From: a virus
Lineage: Duplodnaviria > Caudoviricetes
Direction: 5' to 3' (one strand)
IMG/VR virus record: IMGVR_UViG_3300034094_000170
Coordinates: 1 to 59,020 of that record
DNA length: 59,020 nt
In this document: positions 10,257 to 21,300 of the stretch, piece after piece
How the letters are laid out: each line of letters starts with the position of its first letter
Numbering within the stretch: the first letter of the stretch is position 1
Translations under genes and position numbers: made by a program
Notes under the pieces: model-generated
Seen by the model: the letters and a program-made list of their open reading frames with translations, nothing else
Told to the model about the DNA's origin: nothing
Database searches by the model: none

Positions 10257-11002
10257 TATGAACCTGCTCCGTTAATAATAGTCCAGCCGCCATTTAATCC
10301 AACATATAAAACCGACGCTGTTGTATCAATAAAAAATTCCCCTTCAAAGTTAGGACTAATATTAATTGAATCAGGTGTATTATAATCTTTTCGCACCCTA
10401 CCAGATTTAATAGTCCATTCAGTTGCAGTGCTAGTATATTCAATCAATGAATCATAAGTATTTACAATGCCATTTTCTTTCCATAAATAATTGATTCCTG
10501 GTAAGGGTGGTGTACCAGTCGGTCGAATGTTCGATACAATCACGGATGCTGATTCAATGGTCATTCTACCTGTTGTTATTGTGTTAAGTTTCACAATAAT
10601 GGGTTCATCAATGGCTTGTGTTGATGTAGCATTCCAAACAAAAAATACAGGAGGTTTTCCGGTTTCACTCAAGCAATATAAAACCTCTGTGCTAGGGGTT
10701 GTATATGCTTTTAACGCCGCTAAAGTTGCAAATTGTATCATTTCAGTTACATTGTTATTATTGCCGTCAGTGTTGGATGTAGAACCCGCTAAAACTATCC
10801 ATCTCCCAGGGCCGTTAGCGGGATATGATGTTAGATTATCAATGTTTTTGGTGCTGTAACGTCTCCAAACAACAATTTTATAATCATCGTTATTTGTTGG
10901 CAAAATAAACGGCCCTAGCATATCTTCATCAGTGTCATCAACAGTGAAGTTTAGCATTTCAGCAGTATTAACAAATGCTCTATTAGCTAAAAAATTGGGC
11001 AT
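10256..11002 (-). CDS. Tail fibre/spike head-binding-like protein
   Basis: FATLAALKAY, GPGRW and FFIDTTASVLYV..GGW resemble tail-spike N-terminal modules. Confidence 0.55.
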   Translation of the reverse strand: MPNFLANRAFVNTAEMLNFTVDDTDEDMLGPFILPTNNDDYKIVVWRRYSTKNIDNLTSYPANGPGRWIVLAGSTSNTDGNNNNVTEMIQFATLAALKAYTTPSTEVLYCLSETGKPPVFFVWNATSTQAIDEPIIVKLNTITTGRMTIESASVIVSNIRPTGTPPLPGINYLWKENGIVNTYDSLIEYTSTATEWTIKSGRVRKDYNTPDSINISPNFEGEFFIDTTASVLYVGLNGGWTIINGAGS

Positions 11003-11119
11003 TTATTTTCTTAAATATAATAAATCGTTTTTATTTTTTAACAAAATGTCATACTTGACAACATTTAATAATCTTTTTGATTGTTCTAAAGGTCTGAATG
11101 CAAATTTAATAGTCATAAT

Positions 11120-11380
11120 TTAACCCACAACATTGTTTTGATAAATCATAAATTTCTGATTCAATCTACTAGCAGTATGCTGATTATTATTATCAGCTTC
11201 AATAACATCACCGGATTTGGTTTTAAACTTTTGTAATCCGGTGTCAGGATTAAAACCTTCATAAGTTACAGGTTTGGTGCTATTAGCGGTAGAAGCCGAT
11301 GGAATAGTCAAACCAGTAGACAAAGGTTTACTATTAAATCGGTTTTTTGCTGACTGATATCTGATTGAAGAAACACTCAT
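11120..11380 (-). CDS. Small tail-cluster protein
   Basis: 86-aa ORF 3 nt downstream of 11384-13639. Confidence 0.5.
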   Translation of the reverse strand: MSVSSIRYQSAKNRFNSKPLSTGLTIPSASTANSTKPVTYEGFNPDTGLQKFKTKSGDVIEADNNNQHTASRLNQKFMIYQNNVVG

Positions 11381-11383
11381 TTT

Positions 11384-13639
11384 TTACTTAAATCCTAACC
11401 AGTACAATTGTGAAAGTATAAGGGATTCAGTATCTCTCAACTCTATGGTAAACCCAGACGCTAAATAAATCAATCTATTTTCAGGTTCATCAATGTCAAT
11501 CCTTTGGAGAGGTTTAAAATTAGTTTCAATCCAATACTGTGTTAACGGTTGCACAATTTCATAACTAAAACTTTTCCCTTGACGCATAAAATAAATAATT
11601 TCACCAATACGTCTGAGAACTGTTGCATTATCAACAACACCAATACTCACAAATTCCCTTGGTGGCTTATAAATATTGGGATAAGGAAATTCCCATGTAT
11701 GACGGTCAACAATAATTTTATTTTTATATTCAGGTTCTTTTACAGCATTAGCTTCATTGTTAGGCATGTTTTCAGTTGGTGGTGGTGCAGCTTCACCCGT
11801 TCTACTTAAAACTTGATTCTCTTTATCAGTATCAGAAACTAATGTTAACCTCTGACTTTTTGTTACAAAGTTTTTATCAACCCAATCAAACCAACTAGCA
11901 ACTATAACATTATCGAGTCTATCAGATATGACCATATAACCGGGATATAATACAATACCGTTAAATTCTATAACAACACTACCATTACCATCTTGTATTT
12001 CTGTTAGTGGTTTAAAAACCCTAACTGATTTTGAAACTGCTGCCATGTTTGGTCTATAAACAATAGTACCGTTATAAACATTATTAACATAAGGTTGTTC
12101 AGCATTCTTTTTTTCTCTTAAATAACTATCATTAGCTTCAACTGCCGAACTATATTTAGCTTCCAAGGTTGCTTTTGATGTTTTAGTGTGACGTTCATTT
12201 TTTCCATTTTTTACCCACTCCTCAGTCTCCATTTCAGTGATAGCATCTTGATAATCAAAACCCGCACTAAGGTCATCACCATTAAAACTTGTTAATACTT
12301 TAGAAACAGGTTCCCACACTGTTAACACCGTTTTTCTAAGTGTTTTATCTAAATTATAATGATAGGTTTTCCATTCTTTTCTTGATTGATAAAAAGCTGT
12401 AGAGAATCTTGCTTCATCAGCAAAACTTGAGATATTACCACCTTCACCAGTACCAGATATAGAATTTGTAATATACCAATCTAAATGATTATTATACCAA
12501 CCTCCAAATATTCTACCCCAAGGCTCTTTAATAATAGTTTCCTCAAAAACTAATCTATTTTCATTTTGAGTATCAAATTCCTGTCTCTGAACTTTTTGTA
12601 AAACTTTTACCATATCCATTTTATCTTTTCCGATAACATCGGGATATAACAAACCCATTCTTTCATGTCTGATTGTAGTGACAACTTTAATCAAAGCACC
12701 TGAAACAGTCCTAGTGGTTTTTTCACAAACACTTTCAGTTGATAAAATGATACTATTTCCAGAATTTAAACCCAAAGCATAATCTAAACCCTCACTCTGA
12801 GAGTATGTACAAAAACCATCTTCACCGTTGGTTGTATCCTCAGAATCAGGTACTATTTCAGGGATTTCACCAGTCACAATCAATTCAGAGAGTGGAGAAT
12901 CTTGACCCGTTGGTTGATAAAGTTTTTCATCTCTACCTATTTTTAAATACAAATCCATTGCCGGGGTTTTAACATTTATTTCAGCTATATTAATTTTTCC
13001 ATTTTCATCAGAATATAATTGAGATGGTGAGGTTGACTTAAAACATAAATCACCACATGATGCTATCAATCCTGATGGTGTCCAGGGTAAATTAACATTA
13101 GTTGTAGGCAATACTTGACCTGCGTTCATTTGTATTTGTAGCTTCTGAAATATCTTGGAAACTATTTGTGAAACAGTAGTTTTACCCTTCTTTTCCCAAT
13201 CTGACCACCATTCATCTATAACAGGTTTCTTGGTATCATTAGGGTCTTTTTCAGGGTTTTTCCAATGGTCTAAACTATATTCTGAAAGTAATCCTAAAAC
13301 ACAAGTCACAGTCAAGGTTAAAATTTTACTCTCTGGATTATACGGGTTAGCATTTTTAATATATAATTTTGGTAAAATTCTAGGCTTAACAAAATCACCG
13401 TTATCATCCTCTACTAATATTTCAACAGGTGTTCCAAACATCCAACCCGTTCTATTTTTACGATTATCAACAGTTGAAGGGTTGCTATCAATATTGGCAA
13501 TATCAATGGTTCCTGAAAAGGTACACAACCCTTCCATAGAAAACTCATCCCATGAACCTGATAGTGAGATGAAACCAGGATAAACAGAATTGTTTTTTTT
13601 AAATAAAGTTTTTCTTGATTTGGTTAAAGCTAAAGTCAT
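11384..13639 (-). CDS. Tail hub/baseplate-like protein
   Basis: 751 aa; first minus-strand gene downstream of the tape measure gene; promoter motif upstream. Confidence 0.55.
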   Translation of the reverse strand: MTLALTKSRKTLFKKNNSVYPGFISLSGSWDEFSMEGLCTFSGTIDIANIDSNPSTVDNRKNRTGWMFGTPVEILVEDDNGDFVKPRILPKLYIKNANPYNPESKILTLTVTCVLGLLSEYSLDHWKNPEKDPNDTKKPVIDEWWSDWEKKGKTTVSQIVSKIFQKLQIQMNAGQVLPTTNVNLPWTPSGLIASCGDLCFKSTSPSQLYSDENGKINIAEINVKTPAMDLYLKIGRDEKLYQPTGQDSPLSELIVTGEIPEIVPDSEDTTNGEDGFCTYSQSEGLDYALGLNSGNSIILSTESVCEKTTRTVSGALIKVVTTIRHERMGLLYPDVIGKDKMDMVKVLQKVQRQEFDTQNENRLVFEETIIKEPWGRIFGGWYNNHLDWYITNSISGTGEGGNISSFADEARFSTAFYQSRKEWKTYHYNLDKTLRKTVLTVWEPVSKVLTSFNGDDLSAGFDYQDAITEMETEEWVKNGKNERHTKTSKATLEAKYSSAVEANDSYLREKKNAEQPYVNNVYNGTIVYRPNMAAVSKSVRVFKPLTEIQDGNGSVVIEFNGIVLYPGYMVISDRLDNVIVASWFDWVDKNFVTKSQRLTLVSDTDKENQVLSRTGEAAPPPTENMPNNEANAVKEPEYKNKIIVDRHTWEFPYPNIYKPPREFVSIGVVDNATVLRRIGEIIYFMRQGKSFSYEIVQPLTQYWIETNFKPLQRIDIDEPENRLIYLASGFTIELRDTESLILSQLYWLGFK

Positions 13640-13704
13640 AATTAATACAAAATAAATTCAAATTTAATATTATAATGTTATTATCAACTCACAATTAATC
13701 AACA

Positions 13705-15003
13705 ATGCAATCACTCAAATCAAATTTAATTTTTAATCCACAAGGAAATGATGATGTAAACCATCGGTCAATATGGAAAGGTGAAACCACAAATTTAATG
13801 CAATTAAATGATGTGCGTTATTCCTGGGCTGTTAGTTTGTGGAAACAAATGAGAGAGAATTTTTGGACAAGTGAAAAATTTGATGTCACTCAAGACATTA
13901 ACGATTATCAAAATTTAACACAGCATGAACAGAAAGGTTATGATGGGATACTATCATATTTGATATTTTTAGATTCAATTCAAACGGTCAATATACCACA
14001 TCTAAAAAGTGTTATAACAGCACCAGAAATAAGTCTATGTATGTCAGAACAAACATCTCAAGAAGCTTTACATTCACAATCATATCAATATCTTTTGGAA
14101 AGTATTGTCCCAACTGAAAAACGCAATATAATTTATGATTTTTGGAGGACTGACACATTGCTTTTTGAACGTTGTGAGTTTATATCTTCAATGTATCAAA
14201 AATTTGTTGACACATCAACTGAAGAATCTTATTTTGAGGCGTTGATGGCTAATTTTATTTTAGAAGGATTATATTTTTACTCTGGCTTCTGTTTCTTTTA
14301 TTCTCTTTCTTCTCGAATGTTAATGTCTGGTTCTGCTGATATTTTTCGTATGATTAACCGTTAATTTGTGGCGGCTTTTTACAGCAATGTAAATCGAAAA
14401 CCCCTCTAATTTAGGGGACATCTCAACTGAGACAATCCTAAGCCAATTTAATAATTTATATTATTAAAAGGTTCAACGACTAGCTGAGAAGCGTAGGGTC
14501 AAGTGACTCGAAACGGGGGGCAACCTTATGGGTTGGTGATATAGTCTATTCTAATAGGTGACTATTAGCAGTTTTAAAAAACGGGCAAAGATTAACGAAC
14601 TTTGTTGAATGTATAGGATGAATTATCTCACGTCCGGTTATACCAAAAAATCATACCTAAAGCTATGCAAACTTTTCCACATTCAATAGAGCGAATATAT
14701 GAAATGTTTGATAAAGCTGTAAAATATGAAATCCTTTGGGTTAACCATATTGTCGGCAATGAAATACTAGGAATCACTGAACAAAGCACAGAACAATACA
14801 TCAAATATTTAGCTAACATTCGATTAAAGTCAATTGGTTTACAACCGTTATATAATAAACCAATTTACTTTAAAAACTGTTATGCTCATCTTGAAAAAAT
14901 GGCAGATACAGGAAAAGATGCTAATGTAAAAGCTAACTTTTTTGATAGTGGTGTTACCAGTTATGTGATGTCATCTGGGGTGAGTGGTTGGGAAGAATTT
15001 TAA
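13705..15003 (+). CDS. nrdB: Ribonucleotide reductase class I beta subunit, two exons (13705-14361 + 14617-15003; 347 aa spliced)
   Basis: FLDSIQ, QEALHSQSY (radical Tyr), LEGLYFYSGF; splicing restores the conserved INR|DELSH in frame; C-terminal NFFD..VTSY. Confidence 0.93.
14362..14616 (+). ncRNA. Group I self-splicing intron, 255 nt, no homing endonuclease ORF
   Basis: 5' exon ends in U (AACCGT) and can pair with GCGGCT (P1, U.G); core elements AATCCTAAGCC, GTTCAACGACTA and GATATAGTCT; ends in G before GATGAA. Confidence 0.9.
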
Positions 15004-15010
15004 TTATTTG

Positions 15011-15167
15011 TGTTATAATGATAATATGGTTTTGTTATTAAAACCATTGAATCGAAACTATTGTGTCATTAATATCAATCCTTTTTATGGATTGTGAATT
15101 GAAATTTAGAGTTTAGTGAGCCTCCCACCAAAAAACCCCCTAACTTTTTAGTTTTTGGGGTTTTTTT
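15011..15167 (+). CRISPR. Short-spacer CRISPR-like mini-array 1, with promoter and terminator
   Basis: TGTTATAAT (15011-19); stem ATGGTTTT/AAAACCAT + TGAATCGAAAC; 17 nt; stem CAATCC/GGATTG + TGAATTGAAAT; terminator 15130-15167. Confidence 0.65.
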
Positions 15168-15326
15168 CTCTACATTATAAATGGTTTTAATGCTTGCTGT
15201 GTATAGGTTATAGTGTTCAAAAAAAAATACTTATTTAATATAACGATTAAAAAGGTGTGTTTTTGACCAACACTTAACACCACAACACTTTCCCACACTC
15301 GGTAGGGGGAGTTTAAAAATCAACAT

Positions 15327-18300
15327 TTAACATTTACCTTTATTTGCTGCAAGGTCATTCAGGACTTGCCTTGCATCACCAGTTGGGTCGTTGCTGACAA
15401 TCACCAGATTTTCAACGTTTACATTAGTGCCACCTCCACTTTCTTCAGATTTAGATACAGGTTTAGGTTGTTTTTTACTACTATCAACCGCTTTCTGTGC
15501 TGATTGTAATTCCTCTTGTAATTTTTGTAATGGTGTTTTAATTTGTTGTGGAGTAAAACCATCAGCACCAGTTGTTTTCAGCTTCCCAGATGCTAAATCA
15601 GCCGTTATTTTTGCAGCTTCTTCCCTAGCAATTTTAGCTTGTTCATAACCACCAGCCGTTGCTTGTTTGGCTGTTAAACCTGATGCAATTCTTTCTTTTT
15701 CAGCTTCATTATTCCATTTATTAATATAATCGTCAATTGCCGCATTAGCTTTTTGCAATCGTGATTCTTCTGCTAATTTATTTATATCGTTTTCGATTTT
15801 TTTCATTTTTTCTAAATCAGAATTTTGATTTTGATTATTGACGTTTTGATTACCATCAGAAACATTGCCATTGATATAAACATTAGTAGCCGTAACTTTC
15901 ATCGATTCAATTATTTCATCTTTAGCTTTTTTAGCTTTTGCATCTGTTGATGTTTTACCATAATCAGAAGTTGTCATACCCGATACAGGTTTACGGTTTC
16001 TGTCAGCTTCAGATAAATAAATTGGTTGAGCAGGTACACTATTATAAGTGACACCAGCATTTACACTAACACCAGCATTATAAGTGACACCACCTTTACC
16101 ACCTTTCTCACTATTTTTTTGTTGCTGTTCTTTAGCTGCTCTAGCTTGGTCTAATATTCTTTGTTGTTGTAAATTTTCGTTAGCTGCGGTTTGGTCAATG
16201 TTTAATTTTTGTTTTTCTAATTCTTGAATTTTGGCGACATTCTCTTTATCAGCTTGTACTGATTGTTCCTGTTGCTGTCTCAATCCCAAAACTTTTTCTA
16301 ATGCTGCCATTTCAGCACTACCAGCACCTCTAGCCTTAGCTTTTTCTATTTCAACTTGCGCTTCTAACGTTGCAATTTCAGCTAATGTTTCTTGACGCTT
16401 GATGTCAATATCTTGTTTTTGTTGAGCTATTTTTAATGTTTCACGTTCAATCTCTTGACGTTGTGCTAAAGATTTTAACTCTTGTTCATATAATTGTTGT
16501 TTAATTTGCTGCTTTTGAACTTCATTTTCTGATAGTTCAGCTAACTGCATTCTAAAATCTAATCGTTGTTTTTCAAGGTTAGAAACAGAATCATTTAATC
16601 CTGATTTTGCTGACTGTAAAGCTGATTGACGGTCAAGTTCAGCATTCTGTAAATCTAATTGTGAAGTTATAAATTCTAATTCAGCTTTTTCTTTTTCAAA
16701 TGATTTAGTTATTTTTTGGATAGCCAAATCCTGTAATTCAAGTTGACGCTGTTGGTCAATTTGTTCTAATTTAGCTTGCTGTTGAATATCAAGATTTTCT
16801 TTTTGTAACCCGTTTAAATTATCTGTTAATATTTTTTGTTCAGTGATACCAGCTAAATGATGACCCTGTATGATTACAAATTGTTCTAAATTATGTAATT
16901 CATTTTCTGATAAACCTTCTAATTTACCTTTCTCTAAATTGAGTTGCGCTTGCAATAATCCAGATTTAGCTTGTAATAACTGACGGTCTAATTCTATATT
17001 GTTTTGTTTTTGACTTAACTCCAATGAAACTTTTTGTGATTCATTCTGTCTTAAAATTTCTTTACGCTGTTGTAAATAAATTTCAGCTTTTAATTGTTCA
17101 ATTTTATTAAAGTCATTGCTCCTGTTAGCAAGCTCTAACTGAAAATCTAAACGTTGTTTATCTAATTCACCAGTTGACTGTAGTATTGTTTGCTGTGCAT
17201 CATATAACTTAGTTTGATTTTCAATTTCTTTTGTAGTTTTTTGAATTTCTAACTCTTGAATTTCTAAATATCTTTGACGCTCAAGATTAGCTAATGCTGA
17301 TTGCTGTTCAACACCAACTCTTTCAGTTTCATTTTGTTGTATAGCCTCAACATTGGTTAACTGTTCTTTAGATGATTTTAATTGTCTTTTAGCGATATCA
17401 ATATCCTGTTTAGATGCTTTATTTAATTCTAATTTTCTTAAATTGGCTTGAGCATCTAATATATCATTTTCAGCTTGGATTCTTTGTTGTTTATGGCTTA
17501 ACTCCAACGAATAACTTTGTGCTTTATTTTGTTCATTAAGAGCTTGTAATTGTAGCGAGTATGATGCAAATTTTAATACTTCTAACGCTTTTATATTATT
17601 AGATTTATTTGCAATTTCGATATTATAATCAACTTGAGATTTTAGAGCTTCACTCTGAGCTTTGTATACTTCACTATTAGAATTTGTTAACTGGATTTTT
17701 CTTTCCAGTTGTTTATTAATTATATCATTTTGATTTTTAGTAATTTCAACTTCTTTGGTTATTCTTTTTTCAGCCTCCTCTATTAATTGTAAATTTCTTG
17801 AACGTTTTGCATCTTTTTTCTGAGTCTCATTTTGAACAGTTAAATTATCTTTTTCTAATTTTTGAACTTCACCTAAATTTTTACGTTGTTCACTGACAAA
17901 ATTTACCTGTTGCTTACGAATATCAACTGTTTGTTGTGCTACAGATATTTCTTCAGCCGTTGCTTTATTTGCAATTAACTGATTAACTTGACTTTCAGCT
18001 TCTAACAATGCAATTTTAGCTTGCATATCAGAACGCTGCATTTCTAACCTTTGTTGAGCTTGGGTTAGTTCTAAAGATTTAGTTTGTAAATCTTGTTTGG
18101 CAGTCAGAGAAGTTAATTGGTTTTGATATATCTCAGCATTAATTTTTTCTTGTTTAGAAATATCACCAGATTTTTCAAATAATTGTTTTTGATATTCTAA
18201 TTGTTTATTTAATTCATCAGACTTACCAGTTGAAACCTGTTCTTTCAAATTAGTTTGTTGAACTTCAAAACCTTTACGTTCAACATAAAAACCTTTATCA

Positions 18301-21300
18301 GCTTGTTCAGCTTCAGATTGAACTTTTGACTGTTCTAATGTACGTTGGATATTCTCAACTTCTTTAGCTCTTAAAGCCTGTTCCTCACCTAATTTAGCCT
18401 GTAATATAGCTAAACTATTTTGTGCGCCTTGAACTGTTAACTCTCTAACTTTGGTTTCATAATCTTTGGCACTGATTAATTTATCTTCATGTAATTTTCT
18501 TATTCCTGCTAACTCTTGCTGTCTTAAAACTTCTTTTTGTTGTGCTGATTTTAATTGATTATCAGCATCAATCAAACCAATATCGGCTTGACTTGACCCA
18601 CCCATTATTTGTCTTCTGACTGACACTGATTGGGCGTTAGCATCTGATATATCAACTTTAGCTCTACTAATAGCAATCTCTCTATCAAGGTTTTCCTGTG
18701 CTACTCTAAAACGCTCTCTTTCTTGTTGTAAAAGTTGTTCTTGTAGTGTTGACTGTAAATCTAATGTGGTATTTTCACTCTCTCTGAGTTTTATTAACGC
18801 TTCTAAGGTTGATTTTCTGGCAATATCTTTTTCATCAGTTTTTTCTAACTCTGACTGTAATTTTTGTAAAGGATATTTTTCAGTATCAGAATATTTTTTA
18901 TAATTTTCTCCAACTTCACCACCAGAAGCCTTGAGCGTTCCGGTTAAACTATCAGCCATATCTTTAGATGCTTTCAGTTTTGCTTGTGTTGCAAAAACAT
19001 CTGCTCTCACTTGTTCTAAAGAGGCATTATTTTCAGCTTTAACATCAGTAGTTAAATTTTCTTTTAAGTTTTTGTTTATTGATTTTTTTATTTTAATTAA
19101 TGCTTTATCTGTATCATAAGAAACTTTTTCAAACTTAGCACCTATTTTTGATATATTAGTCAAAAATTGAGTCAATAAATCTGAACTACCCATTTGTTCA
19201 GACAACTCATCTAATTTTTCTTTATATTCTTCTAATTTAGCTATTTGTTCAGTTAATACTTTTTTTGGTTCATCTGAAACAGTGCCAGCTAAATCATCTT
19301 TTAATGTGGCAATAGTTGATGAAACACTTTCAGCAGTGCTATCAATATTAGCTAAACCTAAACTGTTATCACCAACTTTAAATAATTCAACATTACTCTC
19401 TAGCTGTAATACCTCTATTTGTTTTTTGATATCTTCAAGGTTTTTACCCTCAGCAGATTTAGCTTGTACCGTCAACTTACCTATAGCATCAGTTTTTTCT
19501 TTAGATTTAGCTATAATTAAATCTGAAGATGATAATATATTTTCTACATTAGTTGATAATGTTTTAAGTTCACCTGTACTAGCAGACTCTTTTACAGTTT
19601 TAGCGGTTCTTTTTTCTTTGATATCTTTACTTTTGGCAGTCCAATCTTCCATCCCTCTACTAAGGTTTTTAAAACCTGACACTTTATCAAATAAAGTGTC
19701 ATTTTTTTTATCTTCTTCTTGTTTTTTTCTTGCTAATTTAAAATTAGTAACATTTTCAGTTTTTGGTTTTTCTTTTTCACCTTTAGTTTCTATTTCACCT
19801 CTCAATTTAGCCAGTTTTTCTCTTAATTCATCAGCTTTTTTACCTGCTTCGTCAAAATTTTTGGATAGATTTTTATTTATTACATCACCTTTAGTTTTAG
19901 ACATAAAGGTGTCAAAAGCAAAATATAAAACTTCAACAGCTTTTGATAAAGCATAAAATATCAAAATTTGTGGAGCCATCGCCACCAATTTAGGTATAAA
20001 AAATTTCCATATAACATTTCCAATTGTTAAAATCCTTGCCATTATAGCTTTGAGAGTAAATTCATTTTTTACTAAAGTTACTGTCAAAGTCCAAACTGTT
20101 TTTATATAATCTTTAAAAGCAACACCAACTGTAATAACTAAAATCCTACTCAATAAACCAGCATATTTAGCAACAGAATCCATTGCTTTTGCTACAACAT
20201 CTAATCCAACAGCAACCATTGGTAATAACGGTTTTCCTGCATTAACTTTTAATGCAGTTAAACTGTTATTAAACCTTGTCATTGAAGCTGTAATGTTTTT
20301 TGTAGAATCCTCAGCACCACCAGCAGTTTCAAGAGATAATTGTTTTGCAAACTTAGGTAGAAAATCTGTTGCAGCTAATTTACCACTATTTACTAAATCA
20401 TTAAAACCTTGTTCGGTCATACCCATCGACCGTGCCGCAATCTGCATCGCTCCAGGGATTTTTTCTGAGAGTTGCCCTCTCAGTTCTTCCATGCTCACGG
20501 TTCCCTTAGATGCAATTTGTGACATTGATAAAATTGAACCCTGAACCTCATCACCAGTTAAACTAAAAGCTGCGCCCGCTTGTGATATACCAGAAAAAAT
20601 AGCTTTTGTTGCATCACCTTCAAGAACAGTCCCTCTAGTTGTTGCTGCAAGTTTGTTCCAACCCGTTATAGCAGATTCAGTATCAATTGATAGTCTTGAA
20701 ACTTCAGAACTCAAAAAATCAAATGTTTTAGCTGCATTTTCATTACTACCTGCTATAAAATTAGTTACTGTTTCTAATTTTTGAAATCTTGCTGCCGTTT
20801 CTATGCAGATTTTACCAACACTTAAAAGTGCTTTTCCAAAAAATTCAAATATTCTATAAGAAATTCCGGCACTAAATAAAGCCTCAAGATTATCAGTAAA
20901 TGGTTTTAACGCAGGTATAGCTTGACCAATATTTTTAACTAATTTAGGTAGAAAATCAACCAATTGACCGATTTGACTATTTCTCAAATTAAAACGTCTT
21001 ACTGTAAAATCTAAAGATGGTTTTAATTCTTCAAATTTATCTTTTAAATTTTTAATATGTCTAGCAAAAAATCCTAAACCTTTACCAGAATCTTGTGCTT
21101 TTAAACCAAGAAAACTTGTAATACTAGCAACGGTTTTAGCTTGGCCTAAATAATTTTTTATTGCATGACCATCTCCACTGTCAGGAGCTACAACACCTCT
21201 AGTTTGTTTAACATTTCTACCCTTTCTTAATTTGGCTAAGGGGTCAAACTTAGCCATGTAACTACGAAAACCTTTAGATTGCTCACCGTTATTTCTTTGG

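Noticed and set aside
13705-15003. nrdB as a pseudogene or two separate genes
   Set aside because: The interruption has group I intron hallmarks and its removal restores the reading frame.
15170-15326. Unexplained ~150-nt noncoding stretch between mini-array 1 and the tape-measure stop
   Set aside because: No recognisable structure, tRNA fold or repeat.
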